From: Octopus sinensis | Lineage: Eukaryota | Direction of reading: 5' to 3' | DNA length: 8,412 nt | NCBI RefSeq assembly: GCF_006345805.1 | Contig: NW_021828432.1 | Location: forward strand, 1 to 8,412 | Part shown: piece after piece, positions 1 to 6,933 of the stretch | How positions within the stretch are numbered: position 1 is the stretch's first letter | Layout: every line of letters starts with the position of its first letter | Notes under the pieces: generated by a model | What the model saw: the letters and a program-made list of their open reading frames with translations, nothing else | Database searches by the model: none | Told to the model about the DNA's origin: nothing | Made by a program: the position numbers and the translations under genes

Positions 1-64
1 GATCAACAACCGCAGATAGAGACACACACACACACACACGTATATATATACTCATATATGCATA

Positions 65-232
65 CACGCTTTCAACCCTCATACATACACACACACATAA
101 TATAGATACGAACACATACACGCCTTCAACCCTCAAACATACACACACACATAATATAGATACAAACACATATACGCCTTCAACCCCCATACATACACAC
201 ACACATAATATAGATACGAACACACATATACG
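65..232. repeat. Minisatellite, ~54-bp unit, ~3.1 copies
   Basis: Unit (c/t)acgc(c/t)ttcaaccc..atacacacacacataatatagatac(g/a)aacacata restarts at 65, 119, 173 and 229 (periods 54, 54, 56). Confidence 0.9.
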
Positions 233-464
233 TAGTTACAAACAAAAGCATTCAGTCATCATTCTTCCTCCCACACTCTCACACAGCTATACTCATCCAA
301 ACCACCACACACAAAAACACACACACGAGTACTTTAAGCACGAACATCCATAAACACTCCATTTATAAACCCCGACATAGCTCTATACTCAACAAACAGT
401 ACATAAGACATTCGGGCACACACACAATTCAGACATTCATAACTGCATATCAAAACTACACACA

Positions 465-466
<2 letters not shown>

Positions 467-502
<36 letters not shown>

Positions 503-506
503 TATA
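467..506. repeat. (TA)n microsatellite
   Basis: Near-pure atatat run. Confidence 0.9.
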
Positions 507-572
507 ATGATAAATCTCAGAGCGAGTTATAAACAGTAGCTGTAACACATCGTGACGCATATTTGCCATTTG

Positions 573-688
573 AATATGGCTACCCCTAAGGGTGGATGCT
601 ACTGTAGTTTGTAGCCCCAGGAAGATATCTCCTCCAGCTGGCTATAGACACACTATCTGTGTATCCACCCTTAGGGGTTAGCCATATT
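573..688. repeat. Inverted repeat, 25/26-bp arms, 65-bp spacer
   Basis: aatatggctacccctaagggtggat (573-597) is the reverse complement of atccacccttaggggttagccatatt (663-688) apart from one extra T. Confidence 0.9.
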
Positions 689-707
689 TTTATATAATAT
701 ATATATA

Positions 708-760
708 TCTCTTATTATAAAAGGCAGATTTTATCTGCCTCCCTTTGTAACTTATAGAAA
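708..760 (+). mobile_element. Possible Helitron-like 5' terminus (3' end not located)
   Basis: A|TCTCTTATTATAAAAGG follows a (TA)n tract and resembles the A|TCTTTTATATATAAGAG start of the Helitron at 1784. It is followed by a perfect 8-bp hairpin aggcagat-ttt-atctgcct (722-740). Confidence 0.35.
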
Positions 761-1023
761 TCTACAATATAGGATTTTCTTCAATTACAATTTACCTAGC
801 ATTTTTAAGTAGAATGCATCGGGTCATGCCAGGTCCAGTTTTTAAAATTTAAACTCCAATTAAGCAAAATTTACAGAAAACTCACATTCTGGTGTGTATG
901 TCAAATGTTTTTCTTAATGTAGTTTACACCACACGCAAACGCACACACACACAAAGGAGCGAATTGTTTCACTGACGCTATCACCCTTCTCCTCCTTTGT
1001 CTTTGCAAGTTTGCAGCTATTAA

Positions 1024-1360
1024 AGTGAAAACAGTGAATCCGACAGCGATAAAGAAAACGAATTGGTACCTGAATGGAGTGAAAATTTAAAAACTGTTTC
1101 TTTCGGTGATTTTTCTGAAGAAACTGCACCAAGCCAGACTTTCCCAGAAGAGTAAAGCCTTAGACTATTTCTATTTACTTTTTCGAATGAGCCCATTTGA
1201 AATCATTACGGCAGAAACGAAACGTTACGCTAAACGTAAACAAACGAAAGAAAGGATAGTTTGTTATTTCCACAACCTTAAATGAAATTAAGGCCTATTT
1301 TGCCATAAATATTATTATGGGTATCAGAAAGTTACCCAGAATAACAAATCTCTATCGTAA
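1024..1360 (+). pseudogene. Degraded piggyBac (PGBD4-like, DDE_Tnp_1_7) transposase fragment, N-terminal region
   Basis: Manual translation across two +1 frameshifts: SENSESDSDKENELVPEWSENLKTVSFGDFSEETAP (from 1024) / KALDYFYLLFRMSPFEIITAETKRYAKRK (from 1154) / TTLNEIKAYFAINIIMGIRKLPRI (from 1272). This matches the piggyBac pattern of an acidic N-terminus, p.dyF.lff, i..eTn.YA, t..Ei.afl.i.i.MG..klP. The catalytic DDD region is absent. Confidence 0.8.
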
Positions 1361-1479
1361 AATTTTTGTTGTATACCCAATTGAATATTAGCTAATAACC
1401 CATTTTCTATAGCGATGTTTGAACAAAATTTTAATAATTTTATATATTGTTGAATTTACCTGTATCTACCTGCAATTAG

Positions 1480-1680
1480 AGTCACTTTGTGACTAAAATT
1501 ATAGTATAGATTGGTTGAGGACATTTCATTAAATTATCTTCCAAAATTCACGTTAATATATTGATAAATAAAAAAGTTATTGTTGTTTAATGAAACCAGA
1601 CTAGATTTATGATTACGTTAGAAATTAATTGAAACACATAAGGGGTGTATTTTGGTCAGAAAATAGTAACGAAAGGTTAA
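1480..1680 (+). mobile_element. Probable piggyBac right terminal region ending at TTAA target
   Basis: Ends ...gtaacgaaagg|TTAA (1677-1680). The reverse complement TTAA|CCTTTCGTTAC resembles piggyBac ends (TTAA-CCC...). It lies downstream of the transposase fossil. The start coordinate is approximate and no matching left end was seen. Confidence 0.55.
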
Positions 1681-1783
1681 GAAAAACCAAAAAATATGTT
1701 ATCTTTATAAATGTTGTATTCAATAACATTTTCTTTTAAGAATGTGTATATAACAAAGTATGTGTATATAACTACGTGACTTA

Positions 1784-2177
1784 TCTTTTATATATAAGAG
1801 TGAAGTTGTGTGTCTGTCTCCTACGATTAGATTCAACTACTACACATTTTGCGGTGCAGTGTAACCAAAACCGGGTATCTTATAGTCGTGAGTCATATCG
1901 AGCCCTTCTGGGTATTAGCGCGCGTCTACGATGAGTCTACGATTTTAAAAAAATTACCATCAATTTTTTCCATTTTAATGCATTTTTTTCGCTATTATAT
2001 AAGGGAAGTAACTCTCTAAAAATATCTACGATGTGTCAACGATTTAAAAAGAAATTTACCTTAATTTTTTTTCCATTTTTAATGCATTTTTTCCCTATTT
2101 TTTGGCTATAACTCTCTAAAAATGCTTATATAGTTATTTCCCTTACAGACCCGAGCAACGCCGGGCGATACTGCTAG
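1784..2177 (+). mobile_element. Non-autonomous Helitron, 394 bp, both termini present
   Basis: 5' A|TC (1783|1784) start TCTTTTATATATAAGAG. 3' GC-rich hairpin cccg-a-gc-aac-gc-cggg (2150-2165), then 8 nt and CTAG|T (2174-2177|2178). Inserted between A and T with no TSD. Confidence 0.85.
1925..2123 (+). repeat. 100-bp tandem duplication inside the Helitron
   Basis: tctacgatg at 1925 and 2025 and actctctaaaaa at 2011 and 2111 give an exact period of 100. The copies are diverged. Confidence 0.85.
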
Positions 2178-2197
2178 TATATATATATATATATATA

Positions 2198-2570
2198 TAC
2201 TCTTTTACTTGTTTCAGTCATTTGACTGCAGCCATGCCGGAGCACCGCCTTTAGTCGAGCAAATCGACCCCAGGACTTATTCTTTGTAAGCCTAGCACTT
2301 ATTCTATCGGTCTTTTTTGCCGAACCGCTAAGTTACGGGGACATGAACACACCAGCATCGGTTGTCAAGCAATGCTAGGGGGGACAAACACAGACACACA
2401 AACATATATATATATACGACGGGCTTCTTTCTACCAAATCCACTCACAAGGCTTTGGTCGGCCCGAGGCTATAGCAGAAGACACTTGCCCAAGGTGCCAC
2501 GCAGTGGGACTGAACCCGGAACCATGTGGTTGGTTAGCAAGCTACTTACCACACAGCCACTCCTGCGCCT
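2198..2570 (-). mobile_element. tRNA-derived CORE-type SINE, family A, full length (octopus OR-like)
   Basis: Minus-strand head GGCGCAGGAGTGGCTGTGTGG with A box (2549-2559) and B box GGTTCAGTCCC (2506-2516). CORE-like CACCTTGGGCAAGTGTCTT (2478-2496), internal (TA)/(TG) tract and tail ...GAAACAAGTAAAAGAGTA. Five more copies occur in this window. Confidence 0.9.
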
Positions 2571-2571
2571 A

Positions 2572-2600
2572 AATATATATATATATATATATATATATAC
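2572..2600. repeat. (TA)n microsatellite
   Basis: Pure atatat run flanking the SINE head. Confidence 0.9.
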
Positions 2601-2830
2601 ATGCACACACAAACACACAGGCCAGTCACTACTATACATACACGTCCACACATCTCTCTGTACATACTCTCACACAGAGTTACTGACGACCACACAAACA
2701 CACATTCAACAAGACCTATACATTGACACACATATATATATACACACACACAACTCCCTATTCAAACACATCCACGGCTATTCACTGTCACAACCATACA
2801 GTGTGTATGCATGTTGACATACATACATAC

Positions 2831-2968
2831 AAAGTCGAAATTTACAAAAGACGAAGACAGGTGTATAAACAACAAGCAGGTGTATTAATTTGACGCTCGG
2901 GAAAGTAAGAAAGCCTTTTACGTTTCGAGCCTACGCTCTTCAGCATAAAGGAATAAGAGAAAATAAAC
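2831..2968 (-). mobile_element. Probable Penelope-like element terminal-repeat fragment with hammerhead-like core
   Basis: Minus strand reads CTGAAGA-gcgtaggctc-GAAACGTA, the CTGANGA...GAAACGT pattern typical of PLE hammerheads. The family assignment is from recall and pattern, and the boundaries are approximate. Confidence 0.5.
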
Positions 2969-2979
2969 ATATATATATA

Positions 2980-3378
2980 TTCTTTTACTCTTTTACTTGT
3001 TTCAGTCATTTGACTGCGGCCATGCTGGAGCACCGCCTTTAGTCGAGCAAATCGACCCCGGGACTTATTCTTTGTAAGCCCAGTACTTATTCTATCGGTC
3101 TCTTTTGCCGAACCGCTAAGTAACGGAACGTAAACACACCAGCATCGGTTGTCAAGCAATGTTAGGGGGACAAACACAGACACACAAACATACACGCACA
3201 CACATATATATATATACATATATACGACGGGCTTCTTTCAGTTTCCGCCTAACAAATCCACTCACAAGGCATTGGTCGGCCCGGGGCTAGAGCAGAAGAC
3301 AATTGCCCAAGGTGTCACGCAGTGGGACTGAACCCGGAACCATGTGGTTGGTTAGCAAGCTACTTACCACACAGCCAC
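2980..3378 (-). mobile_element. SINE family A, near full length (lacks ~10 nt of head)
   Basis: Colinear with 2198-2570 from the tail ttcttttactcttttacttgtttcag to acacagccac. A and B boxes are present. Confidence 0.9.
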
Positions 3379-3712
3379 TATATATACATACACGGCGCTG
3401 GGTGAGTAGAAAGATAGGGTATTTCCAATGCAGAACTCAACAAGCAACAAGAGTTCTGGGTTATCTACACTGTCAGATTCTAGATAAATATTGAAATTCT
3501 TCAGGTGTAGAAACAAACTACTGACTGGTTCCACGACGATAAAACCATTATGTGGGTTTAGCGAAGAGTAAAATATAATCCGAAGAAGTCGAAGATAGAC
3601 TTCAAAACACACACACACACAAATATGTGTTTTTGTATATATACATGGACAGGGTAGGCCAAAAGATACGCGCCAAGAGTAAAACACATTTTATATTGCA
3701 TAGACACATACG

Positions 3713-3968
3713 CTTTTAGTTGTTTCAGTCATTTGACTGTGGCCATGTTGGAGCACTGCCTTTAGTCGAGCAAATCGACCCCAGGACTTGTTCTTTCTAA
3801 GCCTAGTACTTATTCTATCGGTCTCTTTTGCCGAACCGCTAAGTTACGGGGACGTAAACACACCAGCATCGGTTGTCAAGCGATGTTGAAGGGACAAACA
3901 GACACACAAACATATATACATATTTACGACGGGCTTCTTTCAGTTTCCGTCTACCAAATCCACTCACA
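3713..3968 (-). mobile_element. SINE family A, 5'-truncated
   Basis: Runs from the tail cttttagttgtttcagtc to ccaaatccactcaca, where homology stops. Head and CORE are missing. Confidence 0.9.
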
Positions 3969-4079
3969 TGGATGTACCCTTATCAGACGGGTAATCATGA
4001 TGGGTATACTGGGCTTCGTATATTTTACCCCAGTGTCACTTTGATGGCATGTACTGCTCTCTCACTCAATAATAATAAT
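3969..4079 (+). mobile_element. Probable 3' end of another retroposon with (AAT)n tail
   Basis: A unique 111-bp segment ending ctctctcactc-AATAATAATAAT. Short tandem tails are typical of LINE/SINE 3' ends. Confidence 0.45.
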
Positions 4080-4367
4080 GCCTTGTGAGTGGATTTGGTA
4101 GACGGAAACTGAAAGAAGCCTGTCGTATATATGTATGTGTATATGTTTGTGTGTCTGTGTTTGTCCCCCTAGCATTGCTTGACAACCGATGCTGGTGTGT
4201 TTACGTTCCCGTCACTTAGCGGTTCGGCAAAAGTGACCGATAGAATAAGTACAGGGAGGGGGCTTACAAAAAACAATAAGTCCCGGGGGTCGATTTGCTC
4301 GACTAACAAAAGGCGGTGCTCCAGCATGGCCGCAGTCAAAATGACTGAAAGAAGTAAAAGAGAGTAA
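4080..4367 (+). mobile_element. SINE family A, 5'-truncated, inverted relative to 3713-3968
   Basis: Runs from gccttgtgagtggatttggtagacgg to gactgaaagaagtaaaagagagta. Carries several homopolymer-type insertions. Confidence 0.9.
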
Positions 4368-4619
4368 TTAGAATCACTCTACACATCGCAATAACACCCA
4401 CAGCCACCCTCGACCCAACCCCCAACTTATCACCACACACACACACTCCACAAAGACCCCTACCCCCATACATACAGCTGCCCCCATCCCCCCCTCTCTC
4501 TCTCCCCCTACGCCACCGTATTTCATCACACTCACCCAACTCTGACACATTAACCTACCCCGTAGGCAATCGTTATACCTTATCTGGTCTAAAGTCTATA
4601 TAGCACATTCCCAACATAT

Positions 4620-4920
4620 GGGTGTATGTATGTATACATATCATATATATATATACCTGTAGATAAATGTGTGTGCGTGCGCGCATGCATGTGTGTGTGT
4701 ATATATATATGTATGTATATGCGTGCGTGCATTCTTAACAGCTGTACATCTCTTATCCTCGAGAAGTTTGCGTACGCGTGTGTATGTACGTGTGCATGTA
4801 CGTATATAAAAATATATACGTTTCTGTATGTATGTTTGCAAATATATTCACGCACATATATACACATAATATATATATATATATATATACCTACACATAA
4901 ATACACACACATATATATAC

Positions 4921-4963
<43 letters not shown>

Positions 4964-5050
4964 TAATATATATATGTATGTATACATCTAAAACGCACAC
5001 ATTCACATATATATATATACGTCTATATGTTTGTGTGCGTTTGTATGTAT
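4620..5050. repeat. Compound (TA)n/(TG)n/(CA)n low-complexity tract
   Basis: Alternating purine-pyrimidine dinucleotide runs throughout. Confidence 0.85.
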
Positions 5051-5053
5051 ACA

Positions 5054-5054
<1 letters not shown>

Positions 5055-5104
<50 letters not shown>
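5055..5104. repeat. (ATCT)n tetranucleotide microsatellite, ~12.5 units
   Basis: Pure atct array. Confidence 0.95.
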
Positions 5105-5289
5105 GCGTGCGCGAGCACCTTCGAAACACACTTTGAGTCGAACCAGGGGCAGCCGATGAAGGGGAATTTTCCTTGTATTGTTTGTCCTGTACTCTGTTTT
5201 TTCGTTGTTTAAAAAAAGTCCGTTTCCTTGTTTGATTTTATGTTCTCGTCTCTCGTTATGTTCTACGTTTATTTGTGGTGTCCTGTACT

Positions 5290-5457
5290 CACACACACAC
5301 ACACAGTAGATGTAAGTATGTACATATATGTATGTATATATGCATATATTTTATTTATTTATTATATTACTATATATATATATATATACACACACATGGT
5401 AATGCTTGTTTTTATATATCAAGTATATATATTATATATATTTTATATATATATATA
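5290..5457. repeat. (CA)n/(TA)n low-complexity tract
   Basis: AT-rich dinucleotide runs. Confidence 0.8.
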
Positions 5458-5720
5458 AAGCCTTGTGAGTGGATTTGGTAGACGGAAACTGAAAGAAGCC
5501 CGTCGTATATATGCATATATATGTGTGTTTGTGTCCCCCTAGCATTGCTTGACAACCGATGCTGGTGTGTTTATGTCCCCGTTACTTAGCGGTTCGGCAA
5601 AAGAGACCGATAGAATAAGTACTGGGCTTACAAAAGAATAAGTCCCGGGGTCGAGTTGCTCGATTAAAGGCGGTGCTCCAGCATGGCCGCAGTCAAATGA
5701 CTGAAACAAGTAAAAGAGTA
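5458..5720 (+). mobile_element. SINE family A, 5'-truncated
   Basis: Runs from aaagccttgtgagtggatttgg to gaaacaagtaaaagagta, flanked by (TA)n on both sides. Confidence 0.9.
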
Positions 5721-5774
5721 TATATATATATATATATATATATGATGGATGGATAGAAAGATAGATAGATAGAT

Positions 5775-6017
5775 GTGATTTCAATTCCTAGACCGGGTGT
5801 TGTGTTTCTGATCAAAACACTTCATCTCACTTTGCTCTGGCACTCACTTCGACATCTGACGTGCGGTACACAGTGTAACTCGTTCAGACAACGTCAATTT
5901 GATGGAGGGAGAGAGCTATTGTACAGCACACACAATCGATCACTGCACACAAATCATTTGTGCAGGTCGCTCGGCAAAAGCTGAACGCTCATACATCGCC
6001 TTCAACGGGAGAGTCCA
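5775..6017 (+). mobile_element. Probable third SINE family (CORE-like), 5'-truncated at the B box
   Basis: Begins with B-box-like tttcaattcc, followed by CORE-like gttgtgtttctgatcaaaacacttcatctcactttgctc. The body resembles an octopus repeat as I recall it. There is no second copy here to confirm. Confidence 0.5.
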
Positions 6018-6043
6018 TCACACGACGGTGTGTGTGTGCAGAT

Positions 6044-6222
6044 CAGTGGTTTTCAACCAGGGTTCCGCAAGAAGTTACAAAACTGCTAAAATCGGCAGTA
6101 ATTTTTAATTCTCTTGTGCAGATATGTGTGCATAAGACTATTAAATTATTGCACAGGGGTTCCTCGAGCCAGTGGAATGTTTCCTTGTGGTTCCGCTCCA
6201 GCAAAAAGTTTGAAAAGCACCG
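6044..6222. mobile_element. hAT (Charlie-like) MITE, 179 bp
   Basis: Imperfect TIRs CAGTGGTTTTCAACC / GTTTGAAAAGCACCG. The 8-bp flanks gtgcagat and ctgtagat match at 6 of 8 positions and are close to the Charlie nTCTAGAn target. Confidence 0.8.
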
Positions 6223-6292
6223 CTGTAGATACATACATACATACTTATAAGGTAAGCAAAAGGTGTACGTACGCCGCTATGTGTATATATAA

Positions 6293-6607
6293 ATCCCAAA
6301 AGACGGAAGAAGAACGTAACGGACAACAATAAAAACATACGGACTGACAGACGATACGGGAAAAACCGGGACGGATCATTCGTAGCTCTCTGTTCATCAG
6401 TCAAGCTTCCAATTATCATTACAGTTTCGGCCAGTTACACTTGAGACTGTTCAAAATTGGTATGTCCCAAAAATCTAAGCTACGAGCATTCAATTTTTGG
6501 AAGAAAGCAAGCGAATGTGTACGACTTTTCCGGTCTGTCTTTGTATTGTCTATCTGTCCGGATGTTTTTGCTGCCGTTCGTTATGTTCTTATTCAGTTTG
6601 TTTGGAT
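6293..6607. repeat. Diverged inverted repeat, 65-bp ungapped arms
   Basis: 6293-6357 against the reverse complement of 6543-6607 gives 50/65 identical by manual alignment. The spacer is 185 bp and both ends abut tatata tracts. Confidence 0.8.
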
Positions 6608-6615
6608 ATATATAA

Positions 6616-6644
6616 AGGCAGCGAGCTGGCAGAATAGTTAGCAC
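6616..6644 (+). mobile_element. Isolated tRNA-like head fragment (A box) of SINE family B
   Basis: ggcagcgagcTGGCAGAATAGttagcac contains an A-box match TRGCNNARYNG (6627-6637). No B box follows. Confidence 0.55.
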
Positions 6645-6839
6645 TACTGTTCTTTATTTGTTGTCCATTGTCTGGACATCTTTCGACACACACCTGTGAC
6701 CACTTCAGCGATTCTCCATCCCACGTGTTTCCTCCCCTAGCAGAACAAGAGGAGACACGTGGGATGGAGAGTCGCTGAAGAGGTCACAGGTGTGTGTCGA
6801 AAGATGTCCAGACAGTGGACAACAAATAAGAACAGTAGT
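6643..6839. repeat. Near-perfect hairpin, 92/91-bp arms, 14-nt loop
   Basis: 6643-6734 against the reverse complement of 6749-6839 shows 4 substitutions and one 1-nt indel. The loop is ccctagcagaacaa. Confidence 0.95.
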
Positions 6840-6933
6840 AAACAACTGAAGAACGAATATATATAGATATATATATATATAATGCGTGTGTATGTTTGAA
6901 AACGAACCAGAAATATAACAACACACACACATA

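Noticed and set aside
65-232. CRISPR-like array
   Set aside because: The units are contiguous near-identical repeats without unique spacers, in a eukaryotic context.
2506-2570. tRNA gene
   Set aside because: A and B boxes are present, but there is no cloverleaf acceptor stem and the sequence runs into a CORE domain. It is a SINE head.
3364-3687. 107-aa minus-strand ORF over a unique segment (3380-3600), plus isolated splice-like signals (GGTGAGT at 3381, ttcttcag at 3504)
   Set aside because: There is no recognisable domain, and I could not pair acceptor and donor into a convincing open exon. A small exon cannot be excluded without RNA-seq.
5118-5164. Permuted hammerhead-like words ccttcGAAAcac...GTC...CCGATGAagg
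   Set aside because: Core U4 is C, helix I cannot form (G opposite G) and the first helix II pair is A-C. It is too degenerate to call.
6643-6839. MITE interpretation of the long hairpin
   Set aside because: No target-site duplication or recognisable superfamily terminal motif is visible at 6643/6839.
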